Source of the DNA: Geobacter sulfurreducens PCA
GTDB taxonomy: Bacteria; Desulfobacterota; Desulfuromonadia; Geobacterales; Geobacteraceae
Reading direction: 5' to 3'
Length of the DNA stretch: 32,000 nucleotides
Assembly (NCBI RefSeq): GCF_000007985.2
Contig: NC_002939.5
Location: 1,680,001 to 1,712,000, forward strand
Shown here: piece after piece, positions 1-14,224 of the stretch
Numbering within the stretch: the first letter of the stretch is position 1
How the letters are laid out: each line of letters opens with the position of its first letter
The notes under the pieces: generated by a model
Seen by the model: only the letters and a program-made list of their open reading frames with translations
Told to the model about the DNA's origin: nothing
Databases searched by the model: none
Program-made: the position numbers and the translations under genes

Positions 1-252
1 GACCCGGACACCGGTCTGCCCGTCGAGGTCTTCTGCCGCTTCGGCAAGGCGGGCGGGTGCGGCAGCGCCGTCATGGACGGCCTGACCCGGATGATCACCC
101 GCGGCCTGCTCTCGGGCATGGACCCGCAGGTTGTGGTTCGGGACCTGGCCGGGATATCGTGCCACCTGGGCGCCGCCACCTGTCTCGACGCCCTGGCGGA
201 GGCGGTGGCCCTGGCCCTGGATGAGGGGAAAGGAGAGGACCGTTGCCCCTGA
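1..252 (+). CDS. nrdJ: 3' end of a class II (B12-dependent) ribonucleotide reductase-like gene (partial, starts before the window)
   Basis: Frame 1 is open from base 1 to TGA at 250-252. The translation ..EVFCRFGKAGGCGSAVMDGLTRMITRGLLSGMDPQVVVRDLAGISCHLGAATCLDALAEAVALAL fits the NrdJ C-terminal pattern as I recall it (GK.GGC .. GI.C .. C.DA.A). It is not in the ORF track because it has no start in the window. Confidence 0.55.
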   Translation, partial: DPDTGLPVEVFCRFGKAGGCGSAVMDGLTRMITRGLLSGMDPQVVVRDLAGISCHLGAATCLDALAEAVALALDEGKGEDRCP

Positions 253-3200
253 CCATCTACACGAGCAACCGGATGGAGGCCCTGGTCGAGCAGCTTTGCG
301 CCGTGGTCGAGCCCCCCCTGTCGTCACCCTTTGTTCCCGAGACCATCGTGGTGCAGAGCCGGGGCATGGAACGGTGGCTCGCCATGGAGCTGGCAAAGCG
401 CCTGGGGATCTGGGCGAACGGCTCCTATCCCTTTCCCAATGCCTTTGTCTGGTCGCTCTTCCGGGCGGCGCTGCCCCATCTGCCGGACCAGTCCCCCTTT
501 GACCCCGCCATCCTGACTTGGCGGATCATGGACCTGCTGCCGCGCCTGCTCCCGGAACCGGCCTTCGGCCAGTTGCGGGGGTATCTGGCCGGGGAGGACC
601 GGGAACTGCGGCTCTACCAGCTTGCGGCCAGGATCGCCGACACCTTTGACCAGTACACCGTGTTCCGGGGCGACCTGCTGGCGACCTGGGAAACGGGGCG
701 GGACCAGCAGTGGCAGGCCCGGCTCTGGCGCGCATTGACCGCGGACAGCCCCGGTACCCACCGGGGGGCCGTGCGCGACGCATTTCTGAAACAGCTGGCC
801 GGGGGGCGTCTCCCTGCCGGCGTCTGCCCCGAACGGGTGTCGGTCTTCGGCATCTCGTACCTTCCGCCGTTCCACCTGGAGATCTTCACCTCCCTGGCCC
901 GGCTCTGCCCGGTGAACCTGTTCGTCCTGAGCCCCTGCCGGGAATACTGGGGGGATATCGTCTCGCCCGGCGCCCGGGCGCGGATGACCCCGGAGCGCCG
1001 GCAGCAGGCCGTGGAGGGGCATCCGCTGCTTGCCTCCCTGGGCAAGCCGGGGCGCGATTTCTCGTCCCTCATCCTGGCCTGCGACGACTTGTCGGGCGGC
1101 GAGCGCGACCTCTATGCCGACGCCCCCGGCGAAACGCTCCTGGCAGCGGTGCAGAACGGCATCCTTACCCTGGACGAGGCCGACGGCACTCCGCGCCTGG
1201 TCCGGGTGGACCCCGGCGACCGCTCGATCGGGATTCATTCCTGTCACGGCCCCATGCGCGAGGCGGAGGTGCTCCACGACGTCCTGCTGGCCATGTTCGA
1301 GGACCTGCCCGGCCTCACGCCCCGGGATATCCTCGTGATGACGCCGGACATCGAGACCTATGCCCCCTATGTTGCCGCGGTGTTCGGCGGCGGTCAGGAC
1401 CAGCGGCGGCGCATCCCGTTTTCCATTGCCGACCGGAGCATCAGGAGTGCGGGGGGAGCGGCCGACGCCTTCCTGGCCATCCTCGATCTCCCCCTGGGCC
1501 GCTTCCCGGCGACCGGTGTGCTGGACATCCTGGAGACCGGCGCGGTCCACCGCCGTTTCGGCATCGACGAGGCCGGTCTCGAACAGATCCGCTCCTGGGT
1601 TGAGGCCACCCGCATCCGTTGGGGCATGGACGAGAACGAGCGCCGGGCTGCCGGGCTGCCTGCCTACCGGGAGAACAGCTGGCAGGCGGGGCTCGACCGG
1701 CTGCTGCTGGGGGTGGCCATGCCCGACGAGGAAGGGGCCATGTTCGGCGGCATCCTCCCCCACGATGCCATGGAAGGGGACGGGCCGGTGCTCCTGGGGC
1801 GCTTCATCCGCTTCGTGGAGGCCCTGGAGCGGGTGCGGCAGGATCTGGCGCGCCCCCGCTCCCTTGAGGGGTGGACAGCGACCCTGCGCGGCATCCTGGC
1901 CGACTTCTTCAATCCCGATGACGCCACCGCCTTCGAACGTGCCGCCTTGGGCAGGATCGTGGACGGCCTCGGCGAACTCGGCGCGGGCTCCGGCTTCACG
2001 GACGAGGTGGGGCGGTCCGTGATCAGGGCCTGGCTCGGCGAACGGCTCGACAGGCCCGACCAGGGGCTCGGCTTCATGACCGGCGGGGTCACCTTCTGCG
2101 CCATGCTCCCCATGCGGAGCATCCCTTTCCGGGTGATCTGCCTGCTGGGGGTGAACGACGACTCCTTCCCCCGCCGGGACCGCGCCGCCGGCTTCGACCT
2201 GATGGCCGCAGACCGCCGTCCCGGCGACCGGTCCCTGCGGGAGGAGGACCGCTACCTCTTTCTGGAAGCCCTCCTCTCGGCCCGGGAGCGCCTGGTGATC
2301 AGCTACACCGGTCAGAGCGTCCGGGATAACGCCGAGCTTCCCCCGTCGGTGCTGGTGAGCGAGTTCCTCGACTACCTGGGATCGCGCTTCACGGACGGCA
2401 CCGACCGGTTCCCGGCCTCCCTGGTGACACGGCACCGGCTCCAGCCCTTCAGCCCCGCCTACTTCACCGGTGACGGCGGGCTGTTCAGTTACGCGGCCGA
2501 AGAGTGTCGCGCCCTGTCCCGTCGCGGCAGGGACGACGCACCGCGCCCCTTCCTGGAGCACCCCCTGGCCGAGTCCGGTCCGGCGTCGGCCGACGAAACG
2601 GAGATCCTGCCCCTGGCGCAGCTCATCTCCTTTTTCGAGCACCCGGTGCGCTACCTCATGCGTCACCGGCTCGGCATCCGCCTGGAGGAGAGCCGCTCCC
2701 CCCTGGAGGACCGGGAGCCCTTTGCCCTGGACTCTCTGGATGCCTTCCTGCTGGAACAGGAGATCCTGGACCACATTCTGGCGGGCGGCGACCCGGCCGA
2801 CCTCCTCCCCGTGGCCCGGGCCCGGGGCGGCCTGCCCCCGGCGCGCCAGGGAGAGCTGGCCTTTGCGGGGCTCACCGCCCGGGTGCGGGACCTGGCCGAC
2901 CGGGTCCGGCCGGCAACCAACGGCCAGCCCCCCCTCGAACCCCTGACCGTGGACCTGCGGGTGGGTGAGCGGCGGCTCGTGGGCGAGCTGGGTTCCCTCT
3001 GGCCCGCCGGCCTTATCCGCTGGCGCTGTGCCAGGCTGTCCGGCCGCGACCACATCCGGCTCTGGATTGAGCACCTGGTTTTCAATGCCCTGGCATTGCC
3101 CGCCACCGGGGCGGCAAGCAGGCTCCTGGCCGCTGACGGCGACCTGGCGCTCCGTCCCGTGGCCGATCCCCTTGCGCACCTGGAGGCTCTGGTGTCGTAC

Positions 3201-3433
3201 TACGGGCAGGGGAGCCGGGAGCCGCTGCGGTTCTTCCCGCGCAGCTCCCTGGCCTTTGCCCGCACGGGCGAGATGGCGGCGGCCCGCACCACCTGGGGGG
3301 GAGACTTCTACCCAGAGGGGGACGATCCCTACTATGCGCTCTGCTTCGGCACTGCCGATCCCCTGGACGACGCCTTCCGCGAGACGTCCGTCGCAATCCT
3401 GACCCCCCTGCTGGCCCACCGGGAGGACGAGCG

Positions 3434-3437
<4 letters not shown>
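243..3437 (+). CDS. recC: Exodeoxyribonuclease V gamma subunit RecC
   Basis: 1064-aa ORF. The N-terminus MPLTIYTSNRMEALVEQL matches the conserved RecC N-terminal block. The only in-frame start after the upstream stop is TTG 243, preceded by GGAGAGG. It is the first of three overlapping genes with recB and recD. Confidence 0.9.
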
Positions 3438-7044
<3,607 letters not shown>

Positions 7045-7048
<4 letters not shown>

Positions 7049-8832
7049 GTGCCGACGACCTGCAATTCCGCGACATCGACGCCTGTTTTGCCGACTTCCT
7101 CTGCCGCCTGGCCGGGGGCCGGAACGACGATCTCCATCGGGCCGCCATGCACGCCAGCGCCGCCGTAGGGGCCGGCCACGTCTGCCTGCACCTGGACGAG
7201 GCCTTTGGCAGCAATGGAGCGGCCCTGGCCGTCACCCTCAGGGCCCTGCCGGTGGTGGGCCCGCCCGGTGGCCGCACCCCCCTGATCCTTGACGAAAAGA
7301 ACCGCCTCTACCTTTATCGATACTGGAACTATGAATATCTAGTTGCTGAATTCATAAAGCAAAAATCCGCAGAGCTCCGTCCCGTTTCCCTGCCGCTCCT
7401 GCGGGCGGGTATTGACCGGATCTTCGGGCCGAAGGGGGACGATGCCGTGGACTGGCAGCGGGTGGCTGCCGCGGCCGCGGTGCGGAGCGGCTTTTGCGTC
7501 ATCTCCGGGGGGCCGGGTACCGGCAAGACCTCCACCGTGGTTTCGATCCTGGCCCTGCTCCTGGAGCAGGCCGGCGAGGAGGGGGCGGGCATTGCCCTGG
7601 CAGCGCCCACGGGAAAGGCCGCGGCGCGGCTCGGCGACTCCATCCGCGACGCCCGTCAGCGCCTGGCAGCGGTGACCCCCGTGGCGGAACGGATTCCCGG
7701 CCAGGTCTCCACCATCCACCGGCTGCTGGGGGTGATTCCCGGCTCGGTCCGTTTCCGTCATGACCGGCACAATCCGCTGCCCCACCGGGTAGTGGTGGTG
7801 GACGAGGCCTCCATGGTGCCGCTGCCTCTCATGGCCCGGCTGGTGGAGGCCCTGGCGCCGTCGGCTCGGCTCATCCTCCTGGGGGACCGGGACCAGCTCG
7901 CCTCGGTGGAGGCCGGGGCCGTGCTGGGCGACATCTGCGACACCGGGCGGGCGCACCGGTTCTCGGCCCCGTTCCGGGAGTTCATCCGTGATGCCGCGAG
8001 TGAGGAGATCGAGGGAGAAGCCGGGGACGACGGGAACGACCAGCCGGGTACGCCGGCCGACTCCCTGGTGATCCTGCGCAGGAACTACCGCTTCGGTGCG
8101 GCCAGCGCCATTGGCGCGGCCAGTGCGGCCGTGAACGAGGGCGACGGGGACCGGCTCATGGCGCTTGTGTCAGGAGAAGGGATGGACGGAGGCGTGGCGC
8201 TCCGGCCCGTGCCGCCGGCGGAGCGGCTTGCCGGGGCCCTGGCTGAGAGCGTTGTTGCGGGGTACGGCGAGTATCTGGGGCAGGCGGACCCGGAACAGGC
8301 CCTGGCCTGCTTCGACCGCTTCCGGGTCCTTTGTGCCGTTCGGCAGGGGGAGTACGGGGTGCAGGGGCTCAACCGGGCCATCGAGCGGGTCCTGGCACGG
8401 CAGGGGCTCATCGATGCCGACCGCGTCTGGTATCCGGGGCGGCCGGTCATGGTGACGGTGAACGACTACGGGCTGGGGCTTTTCAACGGCGACATCGGCC
8501 TGGCGGTTGCCGATCCCGCCTTCAGCGGCGGCCTGGCCGTCTGCTTTCCCGCACCAGGCGGCGGAGTCAGAAAGATTTCCCCGGCCCGGCTGCCCGCCCA
8601 CGAAACGGTTTTCGCCATGACGGTCCACAAGAGCCAGGGGTCCGAGTTCGACCGGATTCTGCTGGTGCTCCCCCCCTTCGACAGTCCCGTGCTCACGCGG
8701 GAACTGGTCTACACGGGACTCACCCGCGCCCGGACCGGTGCGGTCATCTGGGCGGACGAGGAGATCCTGCGGTCCGCTGCGGCGCGGAGGAGCGAACGGC
8801 GGTCGGGCCTGCGGGAAGCGTTGTGGGGATGA
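7045..8832 (+). CDS. recD: Exodeoxyribonuclease V alpha subunit RecD
   Basis: 595-aa ORF with Walker A GGPGTGKTS, Walker B VVVDEASMV, and TVHKSQGSEF near the C-terminus. The GTG start overlaps the recB stop (GTGA). Confidence 0.93.
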
Positions 8833-8845
8833 TGGGGTGATGGGG

Positions 8846-8867
8846 GGCGCGGCCGGACAGCCGCGCC
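8846..8867. terminator. GC-rich hairpin between convergent recD and gspB-like genes
   Basis: ggcgcggc-cggaca-gccgcgcc is a perfect 8-bp stem lying between the stop codons at 8832 (+) and 8871 (-). There is no clear U-tract on either side. Confidence 0.35.
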
Positions 8868-8870
8868 GGA

Positions 8871-9563
8871 TCAGTGACCGCCGGAGAGGGGGACGTCGAA
8901 GGTGCGGCCGTCCTTGGAGAAGCGGACCTTGCGCTCGCCGATGGAGACGATGCGGGCGCCCGCCACCACGTTTCCTTCCGCAACCAGGGTGCCATTCACC
9001 ACGGCCCGGCGCAGACGCCGCTCATCCTGCCAGGCGATGCCCGTTACGGACAGATCCGCGGGCTGGGCCACGGCAACGGGTGCCGGTGTGCTTGGGGCGC
9101 GTACCACCGGAGCACTTTCTTCTTCCTCCTCGTCCGGGCGCGGTGCCGCGGGCACGGGGCGCGGAACAGCCGCCGCGGGCGGGGCAGGGACGGGACGCGG
9201 CGCCTCAAGGGCCGGAGCCGGTTGCGGCTGCGGAACCGGGGGCTGCGGCACGGGGGCCGGCGCAGGCGCGGATTCCGTACCCTCGTCCTGGTACCCGGCC
9301 GTCAGCGGGGCCGGCCGGCCGGCGTCCCGGCGTTGTACCGCCGCCGTGCGCGTGGCGTCGTTGCCGCCCTTCAGTAACAGGCCCACTGCCAGACCCGCCA
9401 GGAGGATCACTGCGGCGCCGGCCGCGAACAGCCACCGTTTCCGGCTGTCGGAGCGCTGCGCGCCCCGGTGACCAAGCACGTCGGGACGGATGTTCTCGGT
9501 GGCCCCGCGCCGGGCTTTGCGCTCCTGCTCCATTTTTCTCAGCGCGTCAAGAATCAGGCTCAT
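8871..9563 (-). CDS. gspB: GspB/ExeB-like type II secretion accessory protein
   Basis: 230 aa. It has a GspB-type N-terminus MSLILDALRKMEQERKARR, one TM segment (WLFAAGAAVILLAGLAVGLLL) and a Pro/Ala-rich linker. The C-terminal block is LSVTGIAWQDERRLRRAVVNGTLVAEGNVVAGARIVSIG. Its ATG overlaps the stop of the upstream gspA-like gene (ATGA). Confidence 0.65.
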   Translation of the reverse strand: MSLILDALRKMEQERKARRGATENIRPDVLGHRGAQRSDSRKRWLFAAGAAVILLAGLAVGLLLKGGNDATRTAAVQRRDAGRPAPLTAGYQDEGTESAPAPAPVPQPPVPQPQPAPALEAPRPVPAPPAAAVPRPVPAAPRPDEEEEESAPVVRAPSTPAPVAVAQPADLSVTGIAWQDERRLRRAVVNGTLVAEGNVVAGARIVSIGERKVRFSKDGRTFDVPLSGGH

Positions 9564-11182
9564 TGCGTGCTCCCCTTTGCTCCCGTAAGTCCCGGCGGGA
9601 AAAACCCGCCCGCCCTGCGGTAGAGGAGCGCCAGCGTTTTCTCCCCCGCCTTGCCGTCAGGTTGCAGCCCCTCGGACTGCTGGAAGCGACGCACCCCTTC
9701 CTCGGTAGCTGCATCAAAGTCGCCCGTGGGTTTTTCATCGTAGAAACCGGCCCCCTTCAGCAGCTCCTGAAGCGGCTTCACTCCCTTGCCCCTGCTTCCC
9801 GCCCGGGTCCGTAACGGTATTCCGTGGAAATTCTTCCAGAACATCCAGGCCCGTCCTTCCCAGAACGCCTCGATCTCGCCGCGCGAAAGGGAATCTTTCC
9901 CCGCAACAGCCGGCACCACGGTGAACGAGCCGTTGTTCGCGGCCGTAAGGGTCAGGAACCGGCTGGTGCCGTCGGGAAGCTCCACCTGGAGCAGCACCGG
10001 CGCGTCGAAACGCAGGATGTCGTCCAGGCTCCCCTTGATTTCCGTGGCCGTGAAACCGCGCCGTGCCGCCAGGGTGCGGATATCGTCGCTGCGCCCGGCC
10101 CGGTCGATGGCGGGTGCCTGCCATGCCCCCAGCAGGGCGTTGGCCGCGGTCACCAGGTTGTCCCCCGCGGCCGTTGCCGTCAGGGATTTGCGGACAGCGT
10201 CGCCGGTCAGGGGAGGCGGCTGCGGCGCCGGGGCTGGCGTTGCCTCTCCGGCCACGGCCGGGGGCGGTGGCTCCTTGTCCGCGCGGTTGAACACGGCAAC
10301 GCCGATGCTTATCGCCGCGGCCAGGGTCAGAAGCTGCAGGGTCTTGCGGGGGATGGGAAAGCGCCGCCCCTCCTCCTGGCGCACGTCGATGATGGCTTCG
10401 GCCGCCATTGACGCGGTGATCTCCCTGCTGTCCCTGGTGTAGGCCAGCAGGAGCGCCCGGTCGCACACGGCATTGATCAGCCGGGGCAGCCCTTTGGAGA
10501 AGCGGTAGATCTTCTTCACGGCCCCCAGGGTGAACGCCACCGGCTCCCGGCCGCCGCCCGCCACCCTGATCCGGTGCCGGATGTACTCCCGCGTATCGTC
10601 GCATCCCATGGGCTCCAGGTGGTAGCGCACCGTGATCCGCTGGTTGAGCTGGCGCAGTTCTTCCAGCGCCAGCAGCCGCTTCAGCTCCGGCTGGCCCACC
10701 AGCACGATCTGGATCAGCTTGTCCCGCTCGGTCTCCAGGTTGGAGATGAGCCTGATGTGCTCCAGCACCTCGGCGGAAAGATTCTGGGCCTCGTCGATCA
10801 CCAGCACCACCGTGCGGCCGGCCGAGCTTTCCTCCAGCAGGAAACGGTTCAGGGCCTCCAGCAACTCGCCCCGCTCCGAGCTGGCGCAGGGGAGGCCGAA
10901 CTCCCGGTTGATCCCCTGGAGCAGCCCTAGGGACGACAGGGTCGGGTTGAAGATGAGGGCGGTGCGGTGCGTGGCCGGGTCGAGCTGGTTGAGGAAGGTC
11001 CTGATCAGGGTGGTCTTGCCGGTCCCCACCTCGCCCGTCAGCTCGATGAACCCCGCATGGGTGTCAATGCCGTAGAGCAGGTGGGCGAACCCCTCCTGAT
11101 GGTGGGTGCTCAGAAAGAGAAAATCAGGGTTCGGGGTGAGCGCAAAGGGTTGTTCGGTAAAGCCGAAATGGTCTCGATACAT
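9560..11182 (-). CDS. gspA: GspA/ExeA-like AAA+ ATPase with C-terminal peptidoglycan-binding domain
   Basis: 540 aa with Walker A GEVGTGKTT and Walker B VVLVIDEAQNL. The N-terminus MYRDHFGFTEQPFALTPNPDFLF is typical of ExeA. A central hydrophobic segment is followed by a C-terminal PG-binding-like motif GDFDAATEEGVRRFQQSEGLQPDGKAGEKTLALL. Confidence 0.85.
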   Translation of the reverse strand: MYRDHFGFTEQPFALTPNPDFLFLSTHHQEGFAHLLYGIDTHAGFIELTGEVGTGKTTLIRTFLNQLDPATHRTALIFNPTLSSLGLLQGINREFGLPCASSERGELLEALNRFLLEESSAGRTVVLVIDEAQNLSAEVLEHIRLISNLETERDKLIQIVLVGQPELKRLLALEELRQLNQRITVRYHLEPMGCDDTREYIRHRIRVAGGGREPVAFTLGAVKKIYRFSKGLPRLINAVCDRALLLAYTRDSREITASMAAEAIIDVRQEEGRRFPIPRKTLQLLTLAAAISIGVAVFNRADKEPPPPAVAGEATPAPAPQPPPLTGDAVRKSLTATAAGDNLVTAANALLGAWQAPAIDRAGRSDDIRTLAARRGFTATEIKGSLDDILRFDAPVLLQVELPDGTSRFLTLTAANNGSFTVVPAVAGKDSLSRGEIEAFWEGRAWMFWKNFHGIPLRTRAGSRGKGVKPLQELLKGAGFYDEKPTGDFDAATEEGVRRFQQSEGLQPDGKAGEKTLALLYRRAGGFFPPGLTGAKGSTQ

Positions 11183-11305
11183 GGGGCACGAACATCGGCC
11201 GGAAAACTGCCCGGCGAGTAAAATAATCAGATTTTCAACTAGTTATAAAGTTCAAATCCCTGGATGTCAAGGGGTAATTCATTGGCGGGCCCGGACGGAG
11301 GGCGT

Positions 11306-11339
11306 TTGACAAAGGTTAATCATTATGTAGAGTTAACCT
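11306..11339 (+). promoter_or_regulatory. Candidate sigma70 promoter with overlapping 7-bp inverted repeat (possible operator) upstream of the peroxidase gene
   Basis: TTGACA (11306-11311), a 16-nt spacer, then TAGAGT (11328-11333). AGGTTAA (11313-11319) and TTAACCT (11333-11339) are exact reverse complements bracketing the -10 element. Confidence 0.35.
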
Positions 11340-11490
11340 CTGCGGGCCCCGGCCGGACATGAGCGCCGGCAACAGACGTACGGGAAAGGAGGGTGATACG
11401 GCGCCGGGGAAGGCAGGGATGCGACCGCATATTCCGGAAACCTGTCCGACAACGACATGGTCAGGTTCCACACAACAAGGGGGTACAGGG

Positions 11491-12750
11491 ATGGTATCCA
11501 AACGACTCACCGGAGCAGTGGCACTCCTCTTCCTGGCGGCAGGCGCCGCCGGCGCGGCGGGCTTGACCGTCAAGGAACAACTGGGCAAAGACATCTTCTT
11601 CGACACCAACCTCTCCATCAACGGCAACCAGTCATGCGCGGACTGCCACGCCCCCGAGGCGGGGTGGACCGGGCCCACCTCGGAAGTCAACGCCCACGGC
11701 GCCGTGTATGAAGGCTCCATTGCCGGGCGCTTCGGCAACCGCAAACCACCCTCATCGGCCTACGCCACCACCGCGCCCATCCTCAAGTATATCCGTCAGG
11801 GCGGCGGCATGTTCGTGGGGGGTAACTTCTGGGACGGCCGCGCCACCGGCGAAAAACTGGGCAACCCCGCCGCCGACCAGGCCCAGGGGCCGTTCCTGAA
11901 TCCGCTGGAGCAGGGGCTGCCCGACTCGGCCTGCGTGGTCCACCGGGTCTGCACCGCCACCTACGGCACCGCCATGGAAACCCTCTGGCCCGGCTCGTGC
12001 GCCATTGCCTGGCCCGCCGACGTGGCAGCCGCCTGCGCCACCGAAGGGACCGTCGTGAACCTCGATGCCCCCAACCGGGCCGCATCCGATCTGGCCTACG
12101 ACTACATAGCCCTGGCCATCGCCGCCTACGAAGGCTCGACCGAATCCAACGCCTTCACCTCCAAGTACGACGCCTTCCTGGCCGGCAAGGCATTCCTGAC
12201 GCCCGAGGAGAGAAGGGGGCTCACCCTCTTCAACGGCAAGGCCAAATGTGCCCGCTGCCACGTGAATACCGGCCGCGCGCCCCTCTTCACCGACTACACC
12301 TACGACAACCTGGGCGTTCCCCGCAACAGCGAGAACCCATTCTATGAGTCCGCCTTCAACCCACTGGGGATCAACTGGATCGACCAGGGGCTCGGCGGCT
12401 TTCTTGCCTCCCGCATCGATTACAGCCGCTTTGCCACGGCCAACCTCGGCAAGCACAAGGTGCCCACACTGCGCAACGTGGACAAGAAAACTTCGCCCGA
12501 CTTCGTCAAGGCCTTCGGCCACAACGGCTACTTCAAGAGCCTGAAGGAGATCGTCCACTTCTACAACACCCGCGACGTTCTCCCCACCTGCGCGCCCGGC
12601 TCCCCCGGCGAAAAGGTGACCTGCTGGCCCGAGCCCGAACTGGCGCTCACCATGAACACCACCGAGCTGGGCAACCTGAAGCTCTCCGATGCCGAAGAAG
12701 ACGCCCTGGTGGCCTTCATGAAGACCCTCACCGACGGTTATCAGCCCTGA
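11491..12750 (+). CDS. Di-haem cytochrome c peroxidase / MauG-family protein (secreted)
   Basis: Two CXXCH motifs (CADCH, CARCH). The signal-peptide-like N-terminus MVSKRLTGAVALLFLAAGAAGAAG begins at ATG 11491, preceded by AAGGGGG. The ORF-track start at 11359 adds a 44-aa non-signal extension and is less likely. Confidence 0.85.
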   Translation: MVSKRLTGAVALLFLAAGAAGAAGLTVKEQLGKDIFFDTNLSINGNQSCADCHAPEAGWTGPTSEVNAHGAVYEGSIAGRFGNRKPPSSAYATTAPILKYIRQGGGMFVGGNFWDGRATGEKLGNPAADQAQGPFLNPLEQGLPDSACVVHRVCTATYGTAMETLWPGSCAIAWPADVAAACATEGTVVNLDAPNRAASDLAYDYIALAIAAYEGSTESNAFTSKYDAFLAGKAFLTPEERRGLTLFNGKAKCARCHVNTGRAPLFTDYTYDNLGVPRNSENPFYESAFNPLGINWIDQGLGGFLASRIDYSRFATANLGKHKVPTLRNVDKKTSPDFVKAFGHNGYFKSLKEIVHFYNTRDVLPTCAPGSPGEKVTCWPEPELALTMNTTELGNLKLSDAEEDALVAFMKTLTDGYQP

Positions 12751-12765
12751 CCGACCCGTTGCACC

Positions 12766-12797
12766 GCCCCGGACCGCCCGGTCCGGGGCACATTTTC
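12766..12797 (+). terminator. Rho-independent terminator after the peroxidase gene
   Basis: gccccggacc-gccc-ggtccggggc is a perfect 10-bp stem, followed by acattttcg. It starts 16 nt after the stop codon. Confidence 0.65.
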
Positions 12798-12889
12798 GCC
12801 CGCCTCGAGCCCGTTCACAAACCAATGGATAATGAACCCGCAATCTGCTAGTGATACGAGCACAATTCCCCTTTGCGAGGTGACCCGGG

Positions 12890-13705
12890 ATGAAACTCGT
12901 ATCCTTCAACGTCAATGGCCTGCGCTCCCGTCTCCATCAACTCGAAGAACTGGTCCGGACCCATCGGCCCGACATCATCGGCCTCCAGGAAACCAAGGTG
13001 CAGGATGCCGACTTCCCCCTGGCCGCCGTGCAGGCCCTGGGCTATCACGTGATCTACCACGGCCAGAAGACCCACCACGGCGTGGCGCTCCTCTCCCTCC
13101 AGCCGCCCCGCGACGTCCGGCTCGGCCTCCCCGGCGACGGCGACGAGGCCCAGAAGCGCTTCATCGGCGCCACCTTCGACCTCCCCGCCGGGCCGCCCCT
13201 GAGGGTCATCAACGGCTACTTCCCCCAGGGCGAAAGCCGCGACCACCCGGTCAAGTTCCCGGCCAAGGAACGCTTCTACGCCGACGTGCTCGCCTACCTG
13301 AAATCCTCCTGCGACCCCGACGCCCCCCTGGCGGTCATGGGAGACTTCAACATCGCCCCCGTGGACCCGGACATCGGCATCGGCGCCGACAACGCCAAGC
13401 GCTGGCTCCGCACCGGCAAGACCAGCTTCCTCCCCGAAGAGCGGGCCTGGTTCGCCGCCCTGCGCGACTGGGGGCTGCACGACAGCTACCGTGAACTCTA
13501 CCCCGACATCGACGACCGCTTCAGCTGGTTCGACTACCGCAGCCGCGGCTTCGAGTCCGAGCCCAAGCGGGGCCTGCGCATCGACCACATCCTCCTCACC
13601 CGTCCGCTCCAGCAAGCCTGCCGCGCCGCCGGCATCGACTACGACATCCGCGCCATGGAAAAGCCGTCCGACCACTGCCCCGTGTGGGTGGAGGTGGATG
13701 TGTGA
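12890..13705 (+). CDS. xthA: Exodeoxyribonuclease III (AP endonuclease)
   Basis: 271 aa. [24 protein letters not shown] and the C-terminal [10 protein letters not shown] are classic ExoIII/EEP motifs. GAGGTGA lies 7 nt upstream of the ATG. Confidence 0.93.
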   Translation: MKLVSFNVNGLRSRLHQLEELVRTHRPDIIGLQETKVQDADFPLAAVQALGYHVIYHGQKTHHGVALLSLQPPRDVRLGLPGDGDEAQKRFIGATFDLPAGPPLRVINGYFPQGESRDHPVKFPAKERFYADVLAYLKSSCDPDAPLAVMGDFNIAPVDPDIGIGADNAKRWLRTGKTSFLPEERAWFAALRDWGLHDSYRELYPDIDDRFSWFDYRSRGFESEPKRGLRIDHILLTRPLQQACRAAGIDYDIRAMEKPSDHCPVWVEVDV

Positions 13706-13857
13706 TCATCGCCTGAAACACGGCCCGAGGTTGCGGCGTATAGGGGTTTTCCTGATTGAACGGAGATGGTAATTGATTTATGAAAGGGTGTTAGTGATGC
13801 GTGGAGTGAATTGATTCGGGTATGGGAAAACTAAGGCAGGTCCCTGCTTCCCTCGAC

Positions 13858-14004
13858 GAGCAGGTGGACGGAGCAAGTTTTCTGGGAGAGAGGCGGAGTC
13901 TTACAATGCCGATTTTACCGACAAAAGTGAGGTTCTAAGCGCTGGAAATGAGTTCTTTTGGGACTATTATGATGTTATTTCAGTTGGTTACCTTGGTCCG
14001 ACCC
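13858..14004 (+). pseudogene. Remnant of the 3' end of a RAYT-type Y1 transposase gene plus its right-end inverted repeat
   Basis: This ~147-nt stretch is roughly 85 percent identical by eye to 16335-16482, the last ~45 codons plus the end of the intact gene. A 1-nt length difference breaks the frame. It ends in gttaccttggtccgaccc, the same terminal repeat as 16465-16482. Confidence 0.7.
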
Positions 14005-14224
14005 GCAAGAGGTCTCCCCAAACTGACAACGCAAGTCAAACTGAGGCTATCAGCGAGCAAACTTCGACATCAGACAAAGCTGAAGCAACGGGGAGAAATC
14101 TACGAATTGCCAACCAGGAAGAAGCACCGGCCTAAAACCGCCGGTGTCCTCCCACCACGTTGGCATCATAGGTCAACACCATATCAAATAGCATCTACAT
14201 ATCATGGGAAGAGGATTAACTATA

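Noticed and set aside
324-3419. 1031-aa ORF antisense to recC
   Set aside because: It exactly shadows a gene with strong family motifs. The translation is Gly/Arg/Pro/Ala-rich low-complexity sequence with no motif and no RBS context. This is a typical stop-poor antisense frame in high-GC DNA.
9100-9300. Repetitive-looking GC-rich DNA (cggggc/gcggc periodicity) that could be mistaken for a tandem repeat or array
   Set aside because: It is the coding sequence of the Pro/Ala-rich linker of the gspB-like protein on the minus strand. It has no regular repeat-spacer structure.
8738-9814. 358-aa plus-strand ORF running from the recD end across gspB into gspA
   Set aside because: The translation is extremely Arg/Pro/Gly-rich. 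It overlaps three well-supported genes and a hairpin, and it has no RBS.
11752-12915. 387-aa ORF antisense to the cytochrome c peroxidase gene
   Set aside because: It is a shadow frame. The plus-strand frame has two CXXCH motifs and a signal peptide.
13730-13744. gttgcggcgtatagg near the left edge resembling gttgcgaagttagg at 19432-19445 near the right edge, as possible att-like direct repeats of the accessory stretch
   Set aside because: It is only about 11 matching positions with an indel. There is no integrase or tRNA nearby, so this is within chance expectation.
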